Positions 41,961 through 54,284 of a stretch of 64,000 bases of DNA are shown piece by piece. How positions within the stretch are numbered: the stretch's first letter is position 1; each line of letters opens with the position of its first letter. The stretch lies in NCBI RefSeq assembly GCF_009914755.1, contig NC_060926.1. One strand, written 5' to 3'. A program made the translations under genes and the position numbers. The notes under the pieces are model-generated. The model ran no database searches, was not told the DNA's origin, and was given only the letters and a program-made list of their open reading frames with translations. Source of the DNA: the human T2T-CHM13v2.0 reference genome, Homo sapiens.

Positions 41961-43637
41961 CGTCTTTTTTCTGCCCTTAATGTTTCTCCTCGGCTTACTC
42001 AGACCCAATGATCGTGCTTGCCATGCCCTAACAACAGCCAAGAAACATGACCCCATGGAAGCTGTGTGCTGTCGTGATCAATATTCTGCCTGAAGAGTTT
42101 CTTTTCACCATATAATTTTCTTGCATGTGTCAGTATTTATATGCTTCACTTGCCATCTGCAGGCACCTCAGCCTTCTAAGAAAACGTGCCTAGTTCTGTC
42201 GACTTTAAGATCAGAGAGATGTGGAATTCAGTTCTCCCCAGATATTTCTTATGCTCCCCGGGAAGTAAAATAGCTCTGAAAGTGGTGGAAAAGAGAAACA
42301 TTTCTCAACTTTCATTCAACTGGGATGTACATTTCTGGGGACACTGCATGATCTGTCTGTCTTTTTCCTGTTACTGGGTGACACCTTTAAGGCACCAAAA
42401 GTAGCTTCAAGCCAGAAAAGGAAAGAAACCAACATTTGTTGAGAGATTTCTAAGTTATAGTAAGTGCTTTACATATGTTATTTAAGCTACCCAATAAGTG
42501 AGAGAGGGAGGTAACTAATATGCAGAAGAGTCAGAAATTCTGTATTCAGAACAAAGTCCTTCTACTTTCCAGATGAAAGCTCTTTACAGCAGGCAGCCTC
42601 CCAAGAGGCACCATCTAGTAGACTTAGAATCATTCTGGCCTTCTTGAATGCCCCACGTATTTTAGACTTTTTTCTATTTTGTCATCTCATCTGCATCCTG
42701 CTCCCTCCTTGCGCTAGCCCTTGGTTGTGCTTTCAGCACAAAAACCTGTTCTCCCAGTGAATGCCGGCACCTGCAGCTGACCACCCACCATGAATCTTAG
42801 ACTGGACCCCCTCTGCAAAATCTCATGCTAGCAGCTGCCCCTGTGGACTCTCTCTTAGGAATGGCAGCATATGAAGTTTCTCTTCTCTTACAGACATGTT
42901 TATACAGGTCAGTTTCTATGTCATTGTGCCTGTATATACATGTAAGCAAGGATGGGCATGTAACAGTAATGACTTGATTAATGAGAATGATCATTATATA
43001 TAGTTATGCAATGAAACATGTATGATTCAAGTGAACACATAACATAAAATTTCATGTAACCTAACTGGTATTAACTTATATGAATCCTTCTAGTAAGTTG
43101 AAGTCCATTTTTAGAGTAATACAAGTAACAGGACATGAGCTATTATTTTTAAGAATTTACTCAAATGAGCAACTTCTAGGTTGAGTCTCTAAAGAACCTA
43201 CTGGGGTTAAGCTCTCCGACACAGCAGCCCTGATTCAGTATTCTCTGCAGATCTCAGGGTGCATAACACAGGTCTGGCATCCACAATGAGATCTTCAATG
43301 AATGCTTGTTGTGTATAAATAGATGAAAGAATGGATTGGATCCATTGACACGCAGCCCAATCATCTTTCCACAGCCAGCTCCAGCCCTGTACCAATAATC
43401 ACTAGGAATAAGAATTAGTACCCTGAGGCTGTCTAGAAGCCAGTCATCAGGTTCAGTCTTGCAAGCTAACTTAGACTTAATTAGGCAGAAACATTGACTC
43501 AAGCATCTCAAATTATTTAAACAGCAAGAGTTCAGATTGGCATCTTTCTTCACAACCCGTAATACAGGGCTTCGCAGGCAGCAAACGTTCAATAAATACT
43601 AACTGATTACACTTCAGAAATCTAGATAATTCTATTA

Positions 43638-43984
43638 ACCAAATTCCTCCTTTGCTGTATGTGTATCCATTAATCAAGGTAAACATCCAAAGACACACAT
43701 CTGTGTGTCATCTTACCGCCTCCACCAAATTCCTCCTTTGCTGTATGTGTATCCATTAATCAAGGTAAACATCCAAAGACACACATCTGTGTGTCCGTCT
43801 TACCGCCTCCACCAAATTCCTCCTTTGCTGTATGTGTATCCATTAATCAAGGTAAACATCCAAAGACACACATCTGTGTGTCCATCCCACCGCCTCCACC
43901 AAATTCCTCCTTTGCTGTATGTGTATCCATTAATCAAGGTAAACATCCAAAGACACACATCTGTGTGTCCATCCCACCGCCTCC
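43638..43984. repeat. Minisatellite, 4 copies of an 87-bp unit (first copy 86 bp)
   Basis: Units start at 43638, 43724, 43811, 43898: accaaattcctcctttgctgtatgtgtatccattaatcaaggtaaacatccaaagacacacatctgtgtgtc...accgcctcc; differences only near unit ends. Confidence 0.97.
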
Positions 43985-44537
43985 ACTGACCTCTGCCTTC
44001 ACTGTCTGCATGTGTGGGCTGGCTGCTAAGGGACCAGATTTAATTATCAGATTTTAAGCACATTCCTTCTCTCCAAATTATGTGAGTTTGTTTTTCTATT
44101 TGAGAGTTTGGCAAAAGCTATATTCCCACCCTGTCACTTACTCAAGAGGAAATGTGTTACTCTTAGCAAGAGGACATCTCCCACAGTAGGAATCCAACAG
44201 CGTCTGCAGAGGTGGTCCCAGCTTGCGGCAGCCTCTACGGATTGCCAAACTCCCACCTCAGGCTGCCCCTACTTGCCTTTTGCAGTGAGCCTCCAGAAAA
44301 TGTTCAGACGGCCCCAGCAAACAGCCAGAAAAGGCATGGTACTTGGATAGGAAGGTGACATAGGGACCTCAACTCCCTAAATTGCTTTATGGTTTTTGCA
44401 GACCTGGAAGGGTATTTCTCAGAATGATTCCTGGCTACTTAATTGTTGGTCAGTCCAAGCACGTTGCTATCACTTCTTCAACTACCAGTAGGCAAGGAGT
44501 CGATGGTAAAATAAGCTAGTGCTTAGACTTTAAGCAA

Positions 44538-44922
44538 TGATTAGACAGAATTATATCCCCCCCAAATTTTATGTGTTGAAACTCTAACCCCCAGTACCTC
44601 AGACTGTACAGACTATATTTGGAGGCAGCATCTTTTAAAAGGTAATTAAGGTAAGTTGAGTTCATATAGGTGGGACCTAATACAGTATGACTGGTGTCCT
44701 TATAAGAAGAAGAGATTAGGATACCAAATGACACAGAGAAAGGACCGTGTGAAGACACTGGAAGAAGACAGACATCTACAAGCCAAGGAGAGAGGTCTTA
44801 GAAGAAGCCAACTTGACTGACATCTGGATCTCAGACTTGCAACCTCCAGAACTATGAAAAAATTAATTTCTGTTATTTAAGCCTGTGGCAGTTTGTTATG
44901 GCAGCCCAAGCACACTAATCCA
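44538..44922 (+). mobile_element. MLT1A/B-like (MaLR) solo LTR
   Basis: gaattatatcccccc...tgttgaaactctaacccccagtacctcaga...ggtgtccttataagaaga...tttgttatggcagccc. Confidence 0.85.
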
Positions 44923-45078
44923 GGCAGCAAAGAGCCTGAGATAAACTGTGACCATTTGCCACAATGGTCAACATCTTAAATGGTCACTGGAGGCAAATTG
45001 TCACAACTATTGAAGAATAGAGGACATTCAGGGGACAATGCACCCCTGTTCTTTATGTTAACTCATTACCAATATCTC

Positions 45079-46036
45079 TGTATCCATTCTCTACCCCTAC
45101 ATAACAAACCACCTAAAACTTCGCAGCGTAACACAATCACCATTTATTTGCTCACAACTCTGGGCCAACAATTTGGGCTGGAGCATCTGGGCAGCACTTC
45201 TGCTGCTGTCTCTAGAGGCCATTCACATGGATGCAGCCACCTGGCGCTTGTCTCAGGGAGAGATGCTAGAAGATGGCCTGGTTCACATGCCTGGAAATTG
45301 GTGCCGGCTGCTCGCTGCAGTGCCTTCATTCTCATGCTCCAGCATGCTGGGCAGAATTGCTTTCCATGGTGGTCTCGGGTCAGCAATCCAAAAGGGCAAT
45401 TGCAGAAACCCTAAGACTTTTTGAGGCTGAGATTCAGAAGTCTCACAATATCACTTCAACACATTCATTTGGGTAAAGTAAGTCACATGGTATCTTAGTG
45501 CACTTATCATTATTATAACAGAATACTACAGACTGGGTAATTTATAAAGAAAAGAAACGTATTTCTTATAATTTTGGAGGCTGAGAAGTTCAAGGGCCCT
45601 GCATCTGGCAAGGGCCTTCTTGCTGCATCATCCTATGGCAGAAGCCAGAAGGACAAGAGAGCACCGAGGAGAGAGAGTAAGAAAAAGGCAGTCAAATTTG
45701 CTTTTATAACAAAGCCATTCCCAAGATAGCAAAGCCACTCTCAAAATAATTAATCCACTCCTGCAACAATGACATTAATTCAGTCATGCGGGTAGAGCCC
45801 TCCTGACCCAATCACCTCTTATTAAGCCCCACCTTCCAACACTACTGCATTAAGGATTACGTTTCCAACACATGAACTTTGGGGGACATAGTCAGACCAT
45901 CACACAGGGCCAGATTCAACTAGAGGAGAATTAAACCCACTTTTTCATGGGAGGAGCAGTAAAGTCACAGTGCCAGGGTGTATGTGTACAGGATGGGAGG
46001 AATAGTTGCAGCCATCTTTATAAACAGGTCACTACA
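45079..46036 (-). mobile_element. MLT1 LTR split by an MST LTR
   Basis: ataacaaaccacctaaaact...tttatttgctcacaa at left, aaagtaagtcacatgg | ggccagattcaa...gcagccatcttt at right. Confidence 0.7.
45491..45904 (-). mobile_element. MST (MSTC/D-like) solo LTR
   Basis: tatcttagt...ataacagaatactacagactgggtaatttataaagaaaagaaa...catgaactttgggggaca...accatcaca; TSD catgg/caggg. Confidence 0.82.
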
Positions 46037-46950
46037 CTCTCTTTCTATCATCAGGATCATTTCACTGATTACAAGCCAGGTGCACGCCCTGTCCCAGGCA
46101 TTTAGAAGAACAGGGGCCAGACTTACATGTGTGAGTATGCCTTAATGATTGCAACACTTGTTCATTATCCATTCATTCCACAAATACAAAATGAAAAATC
46201 TATTCTTGGAATACAAAGGTGGGTGTGATATAATGCCCACCTTCAAAGAAAGTTCAGTTACTAGGGTCATAGAGATACAAATAAGCAGATCAAAACAGAA
46301 TTGTGTACAGAGTAGTCAATTCTAGGGAGGAGCAGGTCAAGAAAGATTTCATAAAGGAGGTGACTCTTGCCCTAAGTTCAGAATGGTGAGGTACTTGTGA
46401 GGTGAACTGTGATAAGAGGACAAAGGCCTGAGCGAGAGATGATTTTTGAGTAGGAGGTAGCACCACCTAGTGGCAAGGGAAGGGGGAGGCTTCTCTGCCA
46501 TACTAAGGAGCATGAGCTTTCTCCACAGGAAACAGACTTTGAAACCTTTCAGGTATGGGCTTGTTATGGTCCTACTTGGAATTTGGGGAAATGTGCAGGG
46601 TGTTCTTGAGGCAAGGGGATCAGTGAAGGGGCTTCTACAATTACAGTTTTGTAGTTGCAAACAACAAAATGCTGACCAACTAAAGCAAAAGAGGAGTGAA
46701 TCAAAGGCTATAGAGGTACTCACAGGGTTGAAGGGGAGGCTGGAGAACGAGGCTTGTAACTCTCAGAATATGGAACAGCTCCAGAAAGTGTGAAGACAAG
46801 ATCCAACCATCTGTCTGTTCCCCTCATAGAACCTGCTGACAGATGCATAGATTCGAACCATTCCTCCCATTTCGATCCTTCTGTTTCAGGGTCACAGTTT
46901 TGGAAGAGAAGATCTAATTGGCTGAACTTATGTCATATGCTGCTTGCTGG

Positions 46951-47052
46951 AGGTTGTGGGAACTTCCATTTATACCCTTTTGATTAGAAGTACAGGTGAC
47001 AACCTGGGACTTGTGATTTGGTTTCTGAAGTAGGGGCAGTCTTGTGGGACTC
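46951..47052 (+). repeat. 102-bp dispersed copy of 48936-49037 (MER21 internal segment)
   Basis: Ungapped alignment with 5 mismatches, offset 1985 bp. Confidence 0.93.
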
Positions 47053-49184
47053 CAGGGCTGGAAGGGAATCCCCAGGGATCTCTCAGAGGAGTCTGTGGCA
47101 AGAAGCCCAGCACCCACCCTCATTGCTCCGCAAGACAGAGGTAATTCCCAAGAAGGAAACCAAGATGCTGTTGGGAGGTAGAATGGAAGGTAGATAGCCC
47201 AAAATGAACAACACTCACTATAGAGCCATTCTGTCTGTCTTGATATCTGCCTAAGTGACAGACATCAAGGACAATCTGCCTCAGTGGGACAGCATAAGTC
47301 TAGAGTGAGAGAATGAACTCAAGGGCCACAGGTAGCCAGAGCCATAATTTGGCTACACCTAGATGCCTATGGCCCCAACTCTAGCTCTTTTCTAGTGGCA
47401 CTCTCTCTTCTGTAACACAGAATTTAACTAATTTGTTCATTTTTTTCCCAAAGTGAATCAAAAATTTCAAATGAAATAACTACTTCAGTAGTGCCTCTGT
47501 GAGTACTTCTGTTGATGAAGATTGAAGAGGCCACCCACCTTCCTCACTAACTTTCCCAAGCATCCAAGACCTAGGTTTAGACACACACACACACTCATGC
47601 CCCAAGAACTCTACTAAGAAGAGGTTTCTTGCATAATATCTCATCTTTAAAATTCTTCTGACTCAAAGAAAACTTTTATTTCCCTTAAAATGGTTTCCAT
47701 TATGAACCAAAAAGACGAGGGCTTGGGACTTTCCCATTAAAGTAATAACCATATTAGCTAACAGCCCAAAGCTATGTCATGGGTCATCAGCTCCCAGCCA
47801 CCATTAATTATGAGACAATATTATTCATATAGTGCTTTGCAAAGTCACTCAAAGGGTGAGACTCTCCAAATCAAATCTGGATATATAGTTTATCCCCCAT
47901 TTGGCAAATATTGCTTTTGAGGATGCAGAACATTTTCCTTGTTCCAACCTCTCCAGACATGACCAACCCAAACCTTGGGCCCTGTCTGATCTCTGCCACT
48001 GAAAGAGGTGAGGGTGAACCTGGCTTCTGGGGGAGACATGGGACCATAAACTTTAGAGGCCTGACAAACCTCAGAGTTTATGAAAGAATACTAGTAATGA
48101 ACTTATGAACCTTGTTCAGACATTAGGCTGCAGCACAGAGTCCCAAATTTGACAGCAGAAGTTTTAGTTGTGATTTCTAGCTATCTCCACTTCCCAGCCC
48201 TAGAGTCTTGGGATAATTGTTTTTAACTTTCACGCACTTACTGATTTATAAAGTGGGGATAACAATACTGTGATGTTGTGATGTAATAATAAATACATAT
48301 TTAATCTTCATTCCCAGCTCCTGACCGGAGCTCCTAAAACCCTTATAATTTCCTAAGAGATAAAAGCAATAGGAGCGTCTTTTGCTATGTTTTGTTTTTG
48401 TCCCCACTTCCTGAAATAGCTGCTGGGTGATAAAGAGAGAAAAACATCTTTTGTTATTCATAACAAGACTCCTTCAATCACACCTGAGTTTATGTTAATG
48501 GAGTGATCTCCAGAAAGCACCTAAGAATGGAGAGCTGTTTGCCAGGAGAGCAAACCTGTGGGTAAAGGGTTTCAGCCACACCCCCTGACCTCCAGGGAGG
48601 GGAAAAGGGCTGGAGGTCGAGCTAATCACCAATGGCCAATGATGTAATCAATCATGCCTACATAACAAAGCCACCATAAAATCCCCAACCAAAGGGTTTG
48701 TGAACTTCCGAGTTGGTGAACAAGACCATACACAGTTTCTGGGAAGGTCGTGCGCTTCAAAACTCCATGTGGACAGAAGCTCCCGTGCTCAGGACCCTTC
48801 CAGACCTCTGTGTATCTCTTTATCTAGCTGCTCATTTGTGTATTTTAAATATCCTTGTAATAAATTGGTAACAGTAGGTAGACTGTTTCCTTGGGTCCTG
48901 TGACTTGTTCTAACAAATTATTGAACATGAGGAGAAGGTTGTGGGAACTTCCATTTATAGCCTTTTGATTAGAAGTAGAGGTGACAACCTGGGACTTGTG
49001 ATTTGGTTCCTCAAGTGGGGGCAGTCTTGTGGGACTCAGCCCTTAGTCTGTGGGGTCTGTGCTAATTCCAGGCAGTTGGTGTCAGAATTGAGGTAACTTG
49101 TAGGACACTTAGGGTGTGTTCCAAGAGGTGGTTGATGTTGGGGGAAAAATAAAACCCACACATTTGGTTCCAGAAGTATTGTGT

Positions 49185-50846
49185 TGAGGCAGGATAGGTA
49201 GTCAAGAAGTAACCATGTTCTCAGGGCGCGGCAACCATGGTGGCCATACAGTCAGCACAATAAGCCCCAGCACTCACATTATAGTTAAGCTTATCCCAAC
49301 AAAGCTATCTCCAGTAGGGAATCCCGCTCCTCACCCACTCCCAGAGAGCATGCACATTTTAATTTCACCTGTCCTCAAACTCACCCTTTGCTCATGACAA
49401 TAGTAGAAAAACATACCCCAGGGTGGAGATGCTAATTAGACATGCAATATTATCGGGGGAACCAGCCCCCAATATTTCAATGTAGGTTCTTTTCTATTTT
49501 CCCTAAGTGTCAGCAGGTCTGAGAAATAAAGAGAAAGAGTACAAAATAAAGAAATTTTACAGCTGGGTCTCTGGGGGTAACATCACATGTTGGCAGGTTC
49601 CGTGATGCCCCCAAGCTGCAAAACCAGCAAGTTTTTATTAGCGATTTTCAAAGGGGAGGGAATGTATGAATAGGGTGCAGGTCACAGAGATCACATGCTT
49701 CAAAGGCAGTAAAATATCACAAGGCAAATGGGGGCAGAGCAAGATCACAAGGCCAGGGAGAAATTAGAATTACTAATGAGGTTCCATGTCCTGCTGGGCA
49801 CACATTGTCATTGATAAACATCTTAACAGGAAACAGAGTTTGAGAGCAGAAAACCCATCTGACTACAATTCGCCAGGCTGGAATTTCCTAATCCTAGCAA
49901 GGCTGGGGGCGCTGCAGGAGGCCAGGGCATATTTCATCCTTTATCTACATCTGCATAAGACAGACACTCCCAGAGCGGCCATTTTCGAGACCACCCCCTG
50001 GGAATGCATTCATTTTCCCAGGGTTATTCCTTGTTGAGAAAAGAATTCAGTGATATTTCTTCTATTTGCTTTCTGAAAGAAGAGAAATATGACTCTTTTC
50101 TGCCCAGCCCCACAGGCAGTCAGACTTTATGGTTATCTCCCTTGTTCCCTGAAAATCACTGTTATCTTGTTCTTTTCAAGATGCCCAGATTTCATATTGT
50201 TCAAACACACATGCTTTACAAACAATCTGTGCAGATAACGCAATCATCACAGGGTCCTGAGGCAACATACATCCTCAGCTTAGGAAGACGAAGGGATTAA
50301 CAGATTAAAGAAAGGCACAAGAAAATTATAAGAGTGTTGATTGGGGAAGTGATAAATGTCCATGAAATCGTCACAATTTATGTTCAGAGATTGCAGTAAA
50401 GACAGGTATAAGAAATTATAAAAGTATTAATTTGGGGAACTAACAGATGTCCATGAAATCTTCACAATTTATGTTCTTCTGCTGTGGCTTCAGCCAGTCC
50501 CTCCGTTCGGGTTCCCTGACTTCCCACAACACAATATATGAGAAAGCACGTATAGCTACTGTGCCTGTGCACCAAGAACATGCTTACTAGTAACACCTCT
50601 TCCCACCTACTTATGAATAGTCATGTAAGACTCCCATGAAGGGAGTCTCCCTAGTGCCAGTCTTTGCTGTCTCATCTTTATGAGCAGCTTGCCCTGAATC
50701 CTCTCTGTATTCTGCACCTAGCTTTCAGAATATTCTTCTCCTTTGCAATAAGTTGCTGTGTGCTGCATCTCCTTTGCTGTGCATCTCATGTGTAAACTCT
50801 TTTAAACTAAGAAACAAGAACTGAGGTTTCACAACAGCCATTGACA
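49185..50846 (+). mobile_element. LTR18-family (ERVL) solo LTR, split by MER11
   Basis: Begins tgaggcaggataggtagtcaagaagtaaccatgttctc, ends cacaacagccattgaca (TG...CA), about 580 bp net; flanked by gtgt/gtgt. Confidence 0.75.
49451..50531 (-). mobile_element. MER11 (HERVK11/HML-8) solo LTR with 6-bp TSD
   Basis: 1081 bp; reverse complement starts tgttgtgggaagtcagggaacccgaacggagggactggctgaagcc and ends ttcccccgata; perfect TSD caatat at 49445-49450 and 50532-50537. Confidence 0.92.
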
Positions 50847-52053
50847 GTGTGAGTAGAGCAATAGTTTTGCCTTTTAAATACTTAATCTGCCTGCCTCAGA
50901 GGTTGCTTATATAAAGGTCATATAAAAACAGTATACAGAGCTGATAAACTGTAACTCCCATGTGAGTGCATGGAAAGTGGCATTTGTGTCTATTTAGCAT
51001 TCCCATGGCTCTGAGAAAAATTTTTAAAAATATCATCTTGTTCTCACTACGCAGACACTACCTGTGTCCATTGCTCAATCTTGCATTGGTTTGCTTGCTA
51101 AGAAGGAGAAAAGTCACTGGTCCTCAGAATCTTGAAAGACAAAGTTCTACGAGGTGAATTAAGCCATTTATACTTTGAAATCCTCCCATGAGAACTGGTG
51201 TTACCAGCCATCCTCCAAACGTGTCTGAATTTCTCCTCTCTTTCCTGTTCTCTTTTTCTTCTTACCCCATTTTTCCCTCATTTTTTTCTGGATTTATCTT
51301 GCTGACTCACTGATTTATTTATCCACTCATCAATGCTTGTGCCCACCTAAGTCCCTACTATGCCCTACTAAAACCCTGGACAGGTTCTCTTTCATGTAAT
51401 GGGTCAACACCACCAGCTGAGGGACCACGGATGGGTTGTTATACAGCAGGTGTTCCAGAAACATAATGTTTTGTTATTCTCCATGCCTTCCCTGTGCCTT
51501 GTACTTGAGGATGGTAACATGGGGCTTGTTGAGTCCTCCATGTATGTAAAGTCTAGTCCTTATGTTTTTGTTTGAAAGAAGCTGAGTAAAATCCCTATTT
51601 AGAAGCACATAAAAGATATAGCTAAATGCCACAGAGTGTCTGCTATAGGGATCTCTCAGGGGGGATTTTCAATAACTTCTTCCCTAGTAGGATAATGTAA
51701 TTTGTCTAAACACAAAGAACTAGTACATGGCTAGGATTTGAACCTTGGTCTGACTCCAAGCCCTACACTCTCAATACTAAAATGAGGGCAAAGCCAATGA
51801 GAAAATCATGAGTGTCCTCTTGTCAGCAGCTGCCTCCAGGAGAGAGGGAAACAACCAGTGGAACCAGAGCTTAACTGCTCCTCCTACCGGCCCCCCACCA
51901 CCCTGCCAAGCATTAGCAGCTCCTGAGTCCAAAACAACCACAGCAAACCTTTACCTTTGAAACTTTGAACAATACTTTACCCTCCACCAAGAAATTGCCT
52001 AACTTGCATCCTCACAGCAATGGAGAATAGGGGTTCCTGGTCCCCTTTCACAG

Positions 52054-52510
52054 GATAGTGGGTTGAATGGCATCCCCCAAAAATCCATGTTCATTAGAAA
52101 CCTCCGTATGTGACCTTATTTGGAAATAAGGTCTTGCAGATGTAATTAAAAATTTCAAGATAAAATTATCTTGGATTTAGGGTGGGTCCTAAATCCAATG
52201 ACTTGTATCTTTATAAGAGAAAGGAGAGAAATACTTGGATACCCAGAGAAACCCAGAGGAAAAGGCCGTGTAAAGATAGAGGCAGAGATCAGATGGCAGC
52301 CCTAAGCCAAGAAGCACCAAGGATTTCCTGCAGCCACAAGAAGCTGAAAACCACCAAGAAGGGATTCTCCCTAGAGCCTTCCCAGGGAGCATGGCCCTGC
52401 CCTGTGAATTTCAGGCTTCTAGCCTGGAGAAATGTGAGAGAACATGCTTCTGTTGTTTTAAGCTACGAGGTTTGTGGTCCTTTGATATGGCAGTCTAGGA
52501 ACCTCACAAA
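52054..52510 (+). mobile_element. MLT1C-like (MaLR) solo LTR
   Basis: gggttgaatgg...tgtgaccttatttggaaataaggtcttgcagatgtaattaa...gattctccctagagccttc. Confidence 0.85.
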
Positions 52511-52582
52511 CGTGGTGAGAACACTGAGGCTCATAGATGCTACCTGACCAACCAAGAGCACAGGATAAGTGAGAAAACTCAG

Positions 52583-53000
52583 GGTCATAGCTTGGGTTCC
52601 CTGATGAGGATTAGGGCATAGGTAATTTACTGGGGTAAGTACAGCAATGAAGTAAGGGAAGAGAATAAAGTAGGCATTATGAAGCCAGCAGCCACAGTGG
52701 AGAACCGAATCATAATTCCACAGGCAGGTTCTAGAAACAGTGCAGATAACTCACCTCGTAGTTATCACCCCAAGGGGTGAAGGAGCAATGGGCATTTATG
52801 CCTCAACTCCCATGAGTCATGGGTGAGGACTGCTGGGGCACAAGTTGCTGCCCAGCCTTTCTGGCCTGACATAAGTGCAGGTCCAGTGGCTTTCTGCCGC
52901 TTTGGGGCAAGCTCTCAGACAGAGAGAGTGGCTACTAGGAATCAAGTCAGGAGCACCCAGGCATGGGAAGATCTAAAGGGTCCAGGCAGTGTCTGGACCT
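52583..53000 (-). mobile_element. Old ERVL LTR (LTR33-like)
   Basis: gtcatagcttgggttccc...aggatt...taatttactgggg pattern similar to 36340-36800. Confidence 0.45.
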
Positions 53001-53744
53001 CTTTTATTCCATCTGGGTCATGGATAAGGAGAAGCTGTGTACTCAGACACCTTTTCCCTAAATGATAGACATAGGCAGAAATGTTGGCTACAATACCTCA
53101 TAAAGCTGTTAATTTACACTCCTCCAAAGCACTGTGTTACTCACCACTTAAAACCTGCTTATTTCCTGACTGTGCTGCAAATTCAGCAATCAGTGATTTC
53201 CGCAAGTTAACACATATTCTAATTCTCCATGCTGGACAAAGAAAGGAGTAAATCAATATCCAGTGACAAACAATACTGCGTAAAACAGATGGATACGTGT
53301 AGACCACAGGATATTAGTCCTCATCTGAAATTTTATTCATAAAGTTACAAAATCCCAAAGCTACATCTGTTCACATGAAGCCTTCTAATTCCTAGGGACA
53401 TAAGAAATTCCATACTGGGCATATCTAATCCAGGAGCCTCTCTCTAAAGGTATAGCCTGGTGTGGATTCTGAGAAGTGAAAATTGCCCTCCATCTAAGTC
53501 AAATCATTAGGAATAAGAATACTTAACTTCCCTAAAATCCAGTTGCTATGAATGCTATACATAAATATTTGCTTAAATATTCTTTAAACCTGTTTATCAT
53601 TTTAAGATATAACCCTCTTTATGAGAAACAAGTTTCATAAACTTAATCTTAACTTCACCTGACCAAGTCTTACCTCCCTTACAATATAAGGCGGAAACTC
53701 TTAGTTCTGGTATAAATAGCTAATAGGAAGAACAGTATCTTTAA

Positions 53745-53920
53745 AGCATTTAATGAGCACTTATAACGTATCAGATACACTGTTAAACCATTTTCATATT
53801 TTATTTAATCCTTACATAAACTATACAAGGTAGATACCATTACTTTGTTATTTTGCAGATGAGGAAATTGAGGATTAGAAAGGTGAAGTTGCTTGCAATC
53901 ACTCAGCTAATGAAAGGCAT
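53745..53920 (-). mobile_element. MIR
   Basis: atttaatgagcactta...tttaatccttac...ttttgcagatgaggaaattgagg. Confidence 0.78.
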
Positions 53921-54109
53921 ATGCTTTTCCTGAGGGACTGCAGTAACAGACAGTCCTAAACAAAGTATAAAGAAATGAATAACACACACTCCCTGCCCTC
54001 AGGATCACTTATAGCAATGATAACAGAAGACAGACAGCTACCTACAACATACGGCAGAATGCCCTCCGCCTGCTTCTGTCGTAGTTTGCTTATTCCCCAC
54101 CAGCATGGG

Positions 54110-54284
54110 GTAGAGTGTTTGTAAGAGGCCCATAAAGCTTTAAAATCCCAGACACCCAGATTACACAGAGGACAAATTAAATCAGAATCTGGGGGAATGG
54201 GACAGAGTTAGTCCCGGCATCAGTAATTGTTAATGCTCGCCAGGTGACTTCAGTGAGCATCTAGGATTGAGAATTGCTGTGCTA
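54110..54284. mobile_element. MER5-like hAT-Charlie MITE
   Basis: aattaaatcagaatctggggg...ccaggtgacttc...ttgagaattgctg. Confidence 0.6.

Larger units (their letters stand above)
48269..50882 (+). mobile_element. MER21-family LTR (48269-49184 plus last ~35 bp after 50846), interrupted
   Basis: gagctcctaaaaccctt, caatggccaatgatgtaatcaatcatgccta, ggcagtcttgtgggact, cccacacatttgg; terminus gtgagtagag...ttttgccttt resumes after the nested LTR. Confidence 0.8.

Noticed and set aside
43638-43984. CRISPR-like array (regular repeats with an internal palindrome)
   Set aside because: Units are contiguous and near-identical with no unique spacers, no cas genes, and the context is primate DNA
43705-44057. 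ORFs with 29-aa periodic peptides
   Set aside because: By-product of an 87-bp unit divisible by three; non-ATG starts and no coding evidence
50341-50476. Direct repeat ttggggaa...atgtccatgaaatc.tcacaatttatgttc inside MER11
   Set aside because: As recalled, an intrinsic feature of the MER11 consensus rather than a locus-specific event
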